Of a stretch of 64,000 nt of DNA, positions 13,847-26,037 are shown in pieces (within the stretch, counting starts at the first letter, position 1; each line of letters begins with the position of its first letter). This DNA comes from Isurus oxyrinchus. Taxonomy: Eukaryota. The DNA is taken from contig JANJGN010000140.1 of NCBI GenBank assembly GCA_026770705.1, forward strand, positions 558,001-622,000. The letters are read 5' to 3'. Position numbers and translations under genes: made by a program. Under the pieces are notes generated by a model. It was not told where the DNA came from, made no database searches, and saw nothing but the letters and a program-made list of their open reading frames with translations.

Positions 13847-14370
13847 GAAATCTAAGAATATTACACCGTTAGAACAATGAGCCGAATGCAAGTTTATCCA
13901 TGGGACAATTTCCAGCAACCACTTTTTCAGGGACGTACTTCAAAAAATTCAACTGTGTAACTATCAAGTAAACATGAGTGAAGTTAAAGGAAAGGGCATT
14001 TTACTTTATATAAGCTTTTTTCAATAATTATTTTATCTGATCTTTACCTCTATGCATCACACTCGTTAATTTTTACTTGCTTCCTCTTATCGTTCGATTG
14101 TTTCCTAATTTTCTGTCCTCTTCACCAATGGTTAAACACGTTTTTGCTTTCTGTTTTTCTCCCACTCATTCTGGATTGTGCGATAAGTTTTTTCTTTTTC
14201 TCTCCAACTCTGTGTCCAATTCTCTTCATTTCTGACTATCTTTAAGTATTTCAATTCTAGATTTTATTTTTTGTTTTGTTTTCATAGCCCCTACCCTGGG
14301 ATCTTTGTAAAAGCACCACTCGAAAGGCCGATGATCGAATAACAGTGGTGTGGTTCGCCCACTTGGTCCA

Positions 14371-14409
14371 GGTTTCTGTACCAGCTCTTCATTGAACTGT
14401 GAGACTGTG
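14371..14409 (-). promoter_or_regulatory. 23-RSS of minus-strand V pseudogene
   Basis: CACAGTC + 23 bp + ACAGAAACC on the minus strand. Confidence 0.75.
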
Positions 14410-14706
14410 GCGCAGAGATAGGCAGCAGTGTCTGTAACCCGAGCGCCTCCCAGTCACGGCACGGAGTTTGTTGCCTCCCTCGGTTGAAGCAGTGATCATC
14501 TCATGTTGGTCAGTTCCTCTTGTGGCCATCAATAGATGCTGGGCGCGTGGAGAGAGGGGTTGGTCGGTGGTAGGGGGGCGTGGGTTGGGCTGGGGGAGGG
14601 GGCTGATTCGGAATCCGTCTGCACCAACGCACGATGTCAAACGCAATGGTGATGGAGAACTTCATGGATATGATTCCCGCTTCTGCTGGAAAACAGCAGA
14701 AGCACT
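14410..14706 (-). pseudogene. TCR V pseudogene (inverted relative to neighbours)
   Basis: TTTACAG acceptor; fragments IVRWCRRIPNQP (WYRQ-like) and ARVTDTAAYLCA directly before the RSS; frameshifts and a C-rich insertion. Confidence 0.7.
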
Positions 14707-14859
14707 CTGTAAATCCGAAGTATTATCAGACCACATGAAATGCCGGTTGAGAAAATTGTCCGGAGGGTCAGGTTAAAGCCAGGGGATGGATATTATCGTC
14801 TGAAGAACTCACAACGAGCAACTCAGAGGCGCATTCCTGTCGAACTAACGACAGAAACT

Positions 14860-15175
14860 GAGTCAAAAACAAAAATACCTGGAAAAACTCAGCAGGTCTT
14901 GCAGCATCTGCGGAGAGGAGCACAGTTAATGTTTCGAGTCCGATTGACTCCGCAACTGAACTAAGTAAAAATAGAAGAGAGGTGAAATATAAGCTGGTTT
15001 AAGGGGGTGGGGGGGGGTGGCAGGCAAGTAGAGCTGGATAAACGGCCAGTGAGAAGTGGAGTTAACCAAAAGATGTCACAGACAGAAGGACAAAGAGGTG
15101 TTGAAAGTGATGATATTATCTAAGGAATGTGCTAATTAAGGGTTGAAAGCAGGTCAAGCAAGGTAAAGATAAGGT
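14860..15175 (-). mobile_element. Penelope-like element terminal fragment
   Basis: Closely similar to 44760-45075 (AAAATACCTGGAAAAACTCAGCAGGTC...GTTTCGAGTCCG). Confidence 0.75.
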
Positions 15176-15984
15176 TTCACACTGACACAGCTCACGCTGT
15201 CTCCGAGCTCACACCGGACGGTCCACATTCAAAATTTCTCAGTGATTCACGCTGCTCTCTGCTGGTGCACACTGACAATTGCGTGGGTGCAATAATTCAC
15301 GTAAATTCCCGCCAAGCTGCCGTTCTCAAGGTAGTTACAAATTCGAACTGCTGTTGCCTTCTTCCTCGTATCGCTCTCCTATCCATAAAGGCCCTAATCT
15401 CGCCTTCAACTAAGCATCCAAGGATTCCAGGGTATTTTCCTCCCGCATTCTGGCTGAAAGTTTGTTCCACACTGTGATCCATCTCATTGTGACAACAAAT
15501 ATATCCTGATATTAGTCTAAATATTTTACTGTTTGAACCCGTGTGCGTGGATGCATTTTCTTTTTCTTTCAAACAGATACAACCTACCAAGAGTTATATA
15601 AACATTGAAAAAAATAATGTTTCTGTTTCTGAATTTGTTCTTTTCGTCAATTTTCTTCAGTAAAATTTCTGAACACTGTTGTGAGACCAGAATGCACCCC
15701 GACCCCGAAACCAACACTGTCTCACACTGCCCTCTAATGGCGTTGACATGGAACTGCAAGGTGCAACTTTACAGAATTATTCGCCTTCCGGGCTCAAAAT
15801 AATATTCAACAATTTCCGATTCTAAACTCTCCTTCGATTCTTTTTCTTTCATAAGTTTTATTCATTTATTTATTTATTGACCGTATCTGGTGGCTGCGTA
15901 TCTGCTTTTCATAAGTTACCCTCCTCCAGGCCAAGACTCCCGTGTTTTTGATCTTTCCTTGTTTACTACAAATTTCTGATATCT

Positions 15985-16230
15985 GAGCCATGGAGATATT
16001 GTCGCTCAGGCACTATTCGTAAGGTTTAAGACAGAAACAGACGCGGCAGCTGGTACCAACAACAAGCTGAAACACAGCCAATGCTTAGTTTATGTAATGC
16101 TTCAAAGGTTTTGAAAAATAAAGCAGATTTTGCTAAAATGCATTGGTCTGCAAATGTCGGCAGCTTGACAAAATTCATTTGCCATCACTGGGCTGTATCT
16201 AACTGCAATTTATTCCTGCGCCCTGAGGGT
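15985..16230 (+). pseudogene. Degenerate TCR V pseudogene
   Basis: Fragments SHGDIVAQ, WYQQQAETQP, KADFAK and AIYSCALR; RSS CACGGTG (16231-16237) + 23 bp + decayed nonamer. Confidence 0.7.
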
Positions 16231-16478
16231 CACGGTGTTGGAAACAAGTTAAACCCTCATACAGGTACACCCGTCAGTTTGTGGATGTGAAACTCCACTT
16301 CAAGAATTCAGTTACAAGGCGACTGGATGCGAAGACCATCACAACATAATCATTTAGAAAAATTATCATGTTCCGATGTTCAATGGTGATATCAATTATG
16401 TCTACCTTTCAGCAAAGCACATGACCCTGAGCCAACTGCTATCTCTGAAACTGCTTTGTAAAAGTTTATACGCTCTTG

Positions 16479-16495
16479 TCACCAGAGGGCGGCTG
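16479..16495 (+). promoter_or_regulatory. CTCF-like motif
   Basis: TCACCAGAGGGCGGC, about 210 bp downstream of the V RSS. Confidence 0.5.
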
Positions 16496-17249
16496 AGAGA
16501 ATGATTTGCAAAAAAGTAAGTCAGTCAGCATCTGTGGATACATAAACAATACGCGTCTTGCAGAACTTTATCAGTTCTCGTACTGGGATGATTGACACGG
16601 ACTAATTGACAGAAACACGAGCGCAGTAGGGTGCATCATGAGTCGTTGGTTTGGTTATCCGAGCGGGTGACAGGTGGAGGACATTTTTCCATGCTTTACT
16701 GGTATTGAAAGTCGCTAGCCGGACCAGCATTTCCTCCCCACCCCTCTTGAGAAGGTGATGGTGAGCTTTCTTCTTGAACCGCTGCAGTCCATGTGGTGTA
16801 GGTACATCCACAGTGCTGTTAGGGAGGGAGTTCCAGCATTTCGATCCAGCGACAGTGAAGGGGCGGCCGTTATAGTTTTCAGTTATACTTGTGAGGGGCT
16901 TGGACGGGGACTTGCAGCCGGCGGTGCCTGCCGCCCTTGTCCTTCTCGGAGGAAGGGTTGCCTGTTTGGGATTTTTTGTTTTTGATGGTCGCTTGACGAG
17001 TTTATTTAATCACCTAAGTCTAAACGCAGACATGAATTTCCAACTGAAGCCTGTTAACTAGGGCTAACGGTGTTTTCATAGTCATAGAGCAGCTCTTTCC
17101 TTCTCTCTCCGTCTTACCGATTGAACTTGTTAAGGGGTGAACATTGAGTTTAATCCCTGTCCAATTCCCTGTTGTGAGATGAATACATTCACTTCCTTCC
17201 TTTCTCCCGACGCTGGTGATACGAATTAGCGATCAAAGGAGCTGCGACC

Positions 17250-17320
17250 TGATTGGTTGAATTAAACACAAAGAAGCTTTCAGCTGATTGGTGACCCAGT
17301 CAGCAATGAACCAATCAGCA
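17250..17320 (+). promoter_or_regulatory. V promoter with three CCAAT boxes
   Basis: ATTGG at 17252 and 17287 and CCAAT at 17311, 100-165 bp upstream of the leader ATG at 17417. Confidence 0.5.
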
Positions 17321-17416
17321 GAGGCCGGGGTGTAACGCCACTTCTTACCAACCCTTGACTAAAACAATTTCACTTCACCATATTCTGGTTAGATCCGCCG
17401 CGAGCTCTCTGCAAAC

Positions 17417-18289
17417 ATGTCTCCTGTTGCTTTCTATTTATTCCTCACAGCAGCAGCTCTTTTCACTGGTAGATTCATAAATTGTACAACTCTGCGAGTC
17501 ACATCTTTACCATTCCCTACATTCAATCGGACAGTTCGATTAACAGGTGGTAAAAATATGTTGATCCCAAATGAGAAAATCATCTGGATCCACTTTGTCG
17601 CTGCACGGTAGTAGGAAAGCTACCCGAATGAATGAGGCTGGAAGAGTTAAAGTGAGGCTACGGGCCCCGCCGGTGTCGGAGACGGACTTTGACAAATACC
17701 AAAGCTTTAAACTCACCGAGAGTTTTCACTTTCCCTTCAAATTACAGGAAACGAAGCTGAGGACGTGATTTCGATAGAAGGAACCGAATGTTCATTGAAG
17801 GAAGTTTTATTTATTCGGTCCAAGCACCTTCCGATTACAGCCACTGAGTGGTGGGGTATATATTTGTGTTTAGCTCCTCCGATTCATTTCTCAGGTTATT
17901 GTCCAGGGCGATGATCCTATTAAAGCGCATGAACAAAGTGAAATGATATCGTTTAATTTAATGTTACTCTTGGCTCTTACAGGACATTGTCGAGGAGATT
18001 CCGTTTCACAGGCACCGCCTGCAGTCACAGTGAGTGAAGGAGACAATGTTCGGTTGTTCTGTAATTATACAGCTACATACAGCAACGATCTCAACTTATT
18101 CTGATATCGTCAGCATCCCAGCGGATCCATGGAGTAGCTGTTGCTGAGGACTAGATACACCGAGAACAAAGAGAGATTTCCTGGGGACCGTTTTTCAGCG
18201 GAGCTCAACGATTCGATCGGCACCGTCCCGCTTAAAGTGTCTGAAACAGAACTGGCAGACTCCGCGGTGTATTACTGCGCACTGAGACT
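17417..18289 (+). pseudogene. TCR alpha/delta V pseudogene (leader 17417-17468, V exon 17983-18289)
   Basis: Leader MSPVAFYLFLTAAALFTG; exon HCRGDSVSQAPPAVTVSEGDNVRLFCNY...LF*YRQHPSGSME*LL...ELADSAVYYCALR; two in-frame stops (TGA 18102 at the conserved Trp, TAG 18135) and no frameshift. Confidence 0.92.
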
Positions 18290-18328
18290 CACAGAGACTC
18301 GGGGCTGGGCTGAAACTGTACAAAAACT
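18290..18328 (+). promoter_or_regulatory. 23-RSS
   Basis: CACAGAG + 23 bp + ACAAAAACT. Confidence 0.85.
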
Positions 18329-20479
18329 GTCAGAGAGTCTCTCAATATCACAGAGCATGACGCAACCATTGTGATCAGGAGTGAGTCTGAACAGGTTCCC
18401 GCATATGCGATACCTTTTACTAATAATTCTAATCCACTGAATATATCATAAATATACAAATGTGGGAATTTGAGAAAATGAAAAATAGAGTGTTCATGTA
18501 GCGCGTATCGTGACACCCCAAATTGTTTTTCCGTCATTGTTATAAAGTAATGTAGAAAACTCAGCAGCTAATTTGCACCCGGAATGATCCTTTAAATAGT
18601 AATCGTTTAATTACCCGTCTGTTCCAGAGATCTTTATGGGTGTACAGATGTTAACCAAGCCTGTTCTTCTTTGAAAAAGTGGCGTTGCGATTTATCAACC
18701 CACATGTGAGGGCAAATGACGATCACGAGTTGACACCTCATCAGAAAGGTCCACTCTTCCCATAGGATTGCACTCGGGTGCCCGCATTGATCCTGGGGAA
18801 ACAAGTGGACTGGAATCCAGAAACCTCTGGCTCTGCGGCGAGAGGGATAACAAATCAGGCTGGTCTGACAAATAATGTCTGCATATTGGCAGTTGAAGTA
18901 TAAAGTCTAGGACATCCGTACCTTTTTGATAATGAATAAATAATGTATATATATATAAGCAGGTAGATGAGCGCAAAGCTTTTATGCAGCTCATCAGACT
19001 GATGGCTGACAGGTAAATGGGAAGCCGCGTCGCCGCTCCCCGTGAGGGGAGGGTCAGTTTCTTTCAGAGTTACTCACCGCGGCACCGCCCCCCCCCCACC
19101 CCCCCCCCCCCCCCCCCCCCCCCACCAATCCCTCCTCCTCCGTAGCATCTAAAAAGAGCAAAGAATCACTGATAACCGGGAAACATAGGAGGAAAACACG
19201 ATGAGAGTCTGGAGCTTTGTAGAATTTTGAACGATGACAGGTAGCCGGCACTAATTACACAGGAAGGAGATGAACTTCAGTTGTTGGATGCGGGTTGCAA
19301 GCTGAGGTTGTTTATTCTGCATCGAAGAATGAGTAAAACTCTTAAGATCCAGAGGGAAGTGTGCAACAAACTGAACTGTGAATGACACAACAATATTAAT
19401 AAAAATAGAAAAACATTTGAAAGTATTGCCTCTATGTTTGAATCTTTCTTTAATGCCTTTCTTCAACAAAGTTACTGATCGCTGTTCTCGGCGGGAAACT
19501 GAACCCTATACACTGAAACCATCCTCCACTGCCATCTGGTGCCGGTTATTTGTAACAACCAATTAGAACTCCTGCGTTCCTTTATTTGGCAAGATAATTC
19601 AGACTTGTGCCCTCGGCCGTCCGAAGCGATCCTGCCTCGCAGCCCTATTAAGACTCAACTTTGGCCTTAAAAATTCAGTGGTTTATCCTTCCGCCACTCT
19701 AACCAGAAACTTATTCCACACTTTCACCATATCGTGTGTGAGAATAACGTTCTCGATACCAACAGATAATTTCATTTTCTCCTTTGAAATTCTGCCCCCC
19801 AGTTCTAATTCACGGTTCAATTTAAAGTGATATTGCAGGATGTGTTTCTTTATTGCAGGAACTGCCTCATACTCCTCCATCTGCAATTGTAGTGAGGCAC
19901 AGATTACATTCCGAATTGTCACTCACATATTCGCCATCTGCAGGTCACAGAGGCAGGATTTGTTCTTCTTGGAATGGATTCTTTCAAAGAAAGGAGGAAG
20001 GGATCATTGTGACAGAAAGTGAGGACAAACCGAAAATCCCTCACACATGGATGTTACATATGGCAGCACTACTATTTGAAGCCCAGCCCGCAAATTTCAC
20101 TTGCTGCTCTCGCCCTGACCTGGCTTGCTTGCTTTACTGGAGGGATTGCTGCCTCTGCTCTGTGTTTGACATCGGTTGTTACAGCTGTGCAGAGGGACGT
20201 GAGCTTGCTTTTCCCCCGCAAGAGAGGTTTTCCCAGCTGCAGAGTTCCAGACCCATCTCCTATGGATTGTGTAATCAGTAATCAGTTTCCTCCTGGCAAC
20301 AATACATTCTTTCCCTGATTTCTATAATCCTGTTGGTTTTTACTGTCAAACTCAGGCTGCTGGCGATGGCTGTGGGTCAAAAACACTCCATATCTTCGTT
20401 CGTTTTAAATATGAATTGAGTTTGCATTTTAAACTCCCGCATGATTGATCTTTCCTGTTTGAACATTTTTTTTAACAGA

Positions 20480-20778
20480 TCAGCTACTGTCGTCAGGGGT
20501 TAAGACAGAAAGAGAAGTGATGGCATGAAAATGTGATGTTAGGTGGAGCGGCGGCCTTCATTTATTTGGGTACCGGCATCACACTGACAGACATGCCGAA
20601 TTTATTCTGATAAAATGCCGAGATGTTCTGAAGTAAAGTCGATCTTGTAAAAAAAAACACTTTTTATCTAAGTTGAACAGCTTCACTAAATTCATAACTT
20701 TAACGATCTCGGAGCTGCAGCTGGCCGACAATGCAGCTTGGTACTAATGGAAACGAGTTCAATCCTCGTACAGAAACC
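20480..20778 (+). pseudogene. Degenerate TCR V pseudogene, paralog of 15985-16230
   Basis: YRHHTDRHAEFIL and FITLTISELQLADNAA; YYC and heptamer deleted; spacer similar to 16238-16260, followed by nonamer ACAGAAACC at 20770. Confidence 0.65.
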
Positions 20779-20985
20779 CCCAGCCCTCTGTCGTACAGAG
20801 ACACAGCTGGCAAAAATCGGAAGTTGCGGCGGGAAAATCGAAGACTGGTGTAAAATAAACACTTCATAAGACTAAGGTTTCCTTATTTCAATTACTTTAT
20901 TATCCGAGCTGCTGTTCAAACTGAGCACATTACCCTGAGCCGCCATTTCCTCTAAATTTTCATCAAAAATATTTAAATGTACATT

Positions 20986-21000
20986 CCACCAGAGGGCAGT
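20986..21000 (+). promoter_or_regulatory. CTCF-like motif
   Basis: CCACCAGAGGGCAGT, about 208 bp downstream of the nonamer. Confidence 0.6.
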
Positions 21001-21959
21001 AGGCGACTAGGTTTGATCTTTTGCGTGTCAGAGATAGTGGCAGATTGACAACATTGTTCTTTATTAATGTTTATTAAATGACTAAGAAACATGCAATAAA
21101 ATTCAGCCATTAACTTCAAATGGAAGTCTGAAAACTCTGTCCTCATGGTTAAGCAATTTATTGTGAAAATGGTTGTTGTTAACGTCAATATGTTCTAAAT
21201 AACTGGAATGACCAGTTCACCCCTGCACCATTGAACTCATCGACCGTTGAACCTCTACCATTCTGGATCAACCTGACAGTGACTCCCATTTTAATGCATA
21301 TGGAAATGGTCTTTGTTGGAAATATTCTCTTTGTGTCGAATCCCTCCGGACACCGTGGCATTTACATTCCCCTTTATACCGGCTGTGGGAAGCTCCAATT
21401 GCCATTGAGCAATTCTTTTATTGAAAGACATCTGCACTGATGACGGTGCAAGGTTAAATATTTCCCTTAATAGACCCACCTAACAGGTTCACCCTATGAA
21501 ACTGCAGACATTACCAGCCGCAGCTTCCGTTTGTTGCTCTCAGCCTGAGCTGGCTTGCTTTCCCTGTACTATTGGACAGACTGATGCCACTGTCCAAGCT
21601 TGACATTGGTTAGTTCAACTGCAGATGGAGGGGGGTGGGTGTGTGTGTGGGGGGGGGGGGGGGGGGGGGGGGGGGGCGGGGTGGTGGGGGTGGAGAGAAG
21701 GAGAGGTAGGGGTGTTGATGGGGTGGGAGGATCTGTATTTCCGCTCTGAAATAAAGTTTCCAAGACTGCAGTGTTAAAAGCCTTAGGGATCATCAAACTG
21801 AACAGTGTTGCTCCACTGTGCATTGTATAGCTGCTCAGGAAACCTCATCAGCACCTTGGCAGTTAGGGATGGACAACAGATGCTGGCCTTGCCAGTGACG
21901 CCCATGTCCAACGAAATAGTAAAATACTTTATTTTTGCAGTAAAAATCCATTCCCCATG

Positions 21960-22275
21960 TGTCAGCTATAACCAAGATGGCCTTTTCCAAACGTAACGTC
22001 TGAGGACAAACGTTTCTTGCCCTACGTGAATTGGTGTAGCCAACAACAAGGCCACCCTCCACAATACATCATTCATCTTATCTGGGGGGCTGTTGGCAGG
22101 AACCTACACGTCACTCACTGATCTATTCCGTTCTATGTTAACGAAATTACCAACAATACTGAACTGAAGATCAGCCACACCCTGACCTGTCACACTGTCC
22201 TGGATTTCTATTCCATGGAGGACAAACTGATGCAGTGATATCACGTATCCTGGAGAGAGACCCAGACAGAAAGAC
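21960..22275 (+). pseudogene. Possible V relic
   Basis: PYVNWCSQQQGHPPQYIIH and NNTELKISH fragments; decayed TGCAGTG...ACAGAAAG RSS-like end. Confidence 0.4.
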
Positions 22276-24072
22276 CCAATTAGTGTTCACCAGAAGGCAC
22301 TCTCACACCAATAAACGGAAACAGTAACACTGCCTCCACTGAGGTTCACAGGGATTTCCTTCAAGTTGCAACGCAACAGAGCACTCATTAACGAGATATG
22401 AGGCCCACTCCTGAAATTATATCAAATTGTAATTATAAACTGCGTTTATAATCGATCAAAGCTAGTCAGAAAAAGTTTAAATGATAGCAGTTATATTAAA
22501 ATCTCAGAGAGCATTGCAAAAACAAGAGTACATCTCCATCCTCTGTACCTGGCACAGGAGTTAACAATGAAAATCGATTATGACTCTCTGTAATTTCCTG
22601 TCCTATTAAATTAAAATCTGATGGCATTCCAAATCTCGATTGCTCTCTCCGTAAACAATATCCTGATATCAGCCCTAAAATCACCTTTCAGCAACTTGAA
22701 ACTGTGTCCACTTGATTTTTTTCCTGCTGCTTAATAAGCTAGTGTATGAATTATTTTCACTTCATTTAATTTGTAATAGGTTTCTGAAATATCATCACTT
22801 ACACCACCTGTTCCAGATCAAAACCACTGAAAACATATGTTTTAGTTTTCTCCTTAACTCCCATCCCTGAAACTGAAGAGTCGGACTCAATTTCCTTCTC
22901 AACAATGTCTCCTAAGAATCTCCGTTGAAGATGGTGGAGGAGCGATAATGTCACTGGGCTGATAAGCTGAAAGCCTAGGTTTATGCGCTAGTGGCACGGC
23001 TTCAAATAACAGCCAGTAGAATTTATTTGCCAATGACATTAAAGCTGGAATTAAAAGCTAGGCTCAGTAATGATGACGATTAATTTATCGTTTTCTCATA
23101 AATAAAATCGTCCGGTTCACCCGTTCTTACGCGGTTTGGCTTACTTGTGCCTCCAGAGGCACAACAATGCTGTTGACAGTTAACTGTTCCCTGAAATGAC
23201 CTAGCAAGCCATTCAGTTCAACGACAAATAGAAATGTGCAAAAAGTGCTGGCCTTGTCAGTGACGCCCACATCCCGTGAACGAATATGTATTAAAAAAAT
23301 TCTAACTGGCGAATCATTACAATCTGTACAACGCGAGGTTTCTGCCAACTGCTTGAGTTATTCAGCAACATGTTGAACCCATTCCATTGCTTCTGGCATA
23401 TCGGTTCAAAAACCAAACTGAGCCACCCTCTGGGAATTCCAGTCTTAACTCGTCTGCTTCGTCACCTGCCTCCTTCTCTTCAAACAATCTGCTTAATATG
23501 ACCTTGCTCCCGTTGATTTTTCCTTTCAGATTCACTTCTGTCTCCCAATCGATGTCCAATCGTCATCTATCGTGGATAAATTTCACAGGATTGATACCTA
23601 AGCTTCCTGAAAATATTCAGCCTCAGAGCAGGGATCTGTAAACATTCAACTTATAAACCGAACAAAAGTGAAGACAATTCAAATACTAAATCAAATGGTC
23701 ATAAACTACACCTGGAAATATATGTTCTCTTGGTCAAGAGGCTACAACTAACTGAGAAGGTGCAGAAGAGAGTAAATTTCTCCATCCAGTTTTCATACAC
23801 ATGTAAAAAAATCCCTCATTACTTTTTGGGAAGTAATATCATTTCTGTTCCATAATCTTTCTATGACGGAATGTATCTTGTTGATATATACCGAATATTA
23901 ATCGCCAAGCTTATCTTATTCTGATCCTGTAGAGAGTGCAATGCAACTGGTAAGAGACGGAGTCTTGAGATCTGCTTTTATGCTTGCACGTGCTGAGGCC
24001 TCCAAAAAAACATCACCAGTTAACAAAAGAACCATAACCTGTCATCGCCAGCCAGCAATAAGAGAAACAGCC

Positions 24073-24452
24073 ATGGGTGTAACTCACGCATTCTTGCTGT
24101 TACCATTCTGTGAGTATTATATATCTCATTCCAATCACGGGGTTTATACAACTGCCTGAATATAAAGATTCAGAAATTATAACCAAGGATGCTTCGTGTT
24201 TGGTACAGGATTCTTTACCTGCCTGAATATTACCAGTGGAAGCGAATTCAGTCACTATTCATCCCGGGTTCAGCGCATGCTCCAACAGCTGCTCATACAA
24301 TCCACTGGTTGTCTGAGCTCCTGGTATATAATCATAGTGGCTTCAAGGGAGAGCACTGCCAAAGCCGTTTTAAAATCCACAGCATCCAAATTTCAGCGTA
24401 CGTGACGTCGACCAGGATGAGTGAATAGTGGTATTTATCACTCTGCCATGGC
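24073..24452 (+). pseudogene. V relic with leader
   Basis: MGVTHAFLLLPF with GTGAGT donor, TACAG acceptor at 24208, HTIHW and SGIYHSAM (DSGxYYCA-like), then CACAATG + 23 bp + decayed nonamer. Confidence 0.5.
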
Positions 24453-25330
24453 CACAATGTGTGAGAACAGCCCCGAGTTCATACTGTATCCCCACCTTGG
24501 GAAGAGCCTCGGAAAGTTGGGTGACAATCAAACAGCCGTTCCAAAAACAAAACGTGGAAGAAAGCAGCGAAGAAAGAGGTTCACACAACGATTTTGCAAC
24601 CAGCGAACGACTTTCGAATTGCAGTCAGTATTGCAATGAAGCCAGAAAAGTGTCACCAGAGAATTAAATACTTCATTAATATTTGATGGATTTTCAACAT
24701 TCGAAACCTTCTTTGAAACCCTGTTCAGTAAACGACAGGAGGAATGTCTCCACTGTCCGATATATTGCAATGGAGCATATATGATACATTATTTCCTTCT
24801 AAATCACGACTTCCTTTATACTGGTTGCTCAGAGTGTATTTCCCCGCCTTGGTCAATTGAAGAAATCTTGGAGACAAAAGTTCCTCTTTGACTTTGTAAC
24901 AGCAACAACGGAAGCAGAGCAGCCTAAATTGCTACTTTGATTATTACTGTTATCTGAAGGATGATTTGAAATACAAAAAAAAAATCAGACACCTTTGGAC
25001 ATAGTAACCAGAATGAATCGTCCTGCTCTGTTTATCATCTCCTTACTTAATTGTATTGACCAGAGGAAATCGCTCTTGATTTCAAAGGAAGTTGAAGAAG
25101 GGCGTTTAAAGTAATCGAGTTACACTGATTTGATAACTATTTCAAAACATACATTCACCATCAGTTCAAACCAGCTCTTCTTTGCTTTTATGCATTGTTT
25201 TCTTTCTCTCGTTTAGTTTGCTCATTTTCTCTTTTCCTTTCATCCTGTTTTGTTCCCTTCTGTTCCTGCCTTTCTGATTCCATTTCTTGCTGTCTTTAGC
25301 TTTCAGTGGTTTATAAAATTGCAGTGTGCG

Positions 25331-25363
<33 letters not shown>

Positions 25364-25759
25364 ATTTCATATGATATATATACATAACTGTAATGTTTTC
25401 AGACTGTGGGCCTGTGCAACTCAGCTCATGCTTTTTTTTCGGAGGGTCCATGTGGTCTCTGGTCTAGAGGCAGAGAAAAGGAACCAGTGCGTGTCTTTCA
25501 GAAAGACGGCGTTGCAACGATGCGCTGCAAAATGTTGTACTGATGTCTGGCACATTACGTGATGAACTTGGTCCCTGAGCAATGTATTCTGCGTCTTCAT
25601 ATGAGCTATTGTTGATTTGCAATTTTCCCGATCGACTGGAGTCCAACCCCTTGCTTTTCCGGTCCAAAGAAAATGGTAAAAGCTTTAGCAAGGATGTTAT
25701 TCATGTTTCTCCAGGGCGGGGAGAAGGAGGGTGGCGGGGGGGTGCGCGTGGTGGATCTT

Positions 25760-26037
25760 GCAGATGAAGTGCTGCAGTCGCCGGTTTCCAAAACAGTCGA
25801 GCCGGGAGATCCGGCGCAGTTTTATTGTAGCTACACCAGCTCGGAGATATCCGCCTTCCACTGGTCCGGGGTGAGTCGAATGGACAGCTGGAGTGGATCA
25901 TGAGCAGCACAGGAAACGGAAAAGATGTGGTCGGGCAATTGAAAATTGAACTTGAAATCGCCGAGAAGACGGGCTATTTCGCTTTCAGAAGGACGAAGAT
26001 GTCGGACTCCGCCGCCTATTTCTGTGTAATCCAGGCA
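25760..26037 (+). pseudogene. TCR alpha-like V pseudogene
   Basis: DEVLQSPVSKTVEPGDPAQFYCSYTSSEISAFHW, frameshift, then GQLEWIM...TKMSDSAAYFCVIQ; nonamer ACAAAACCC at 26069 but heptamer disrupted. Confidence 0.8.
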
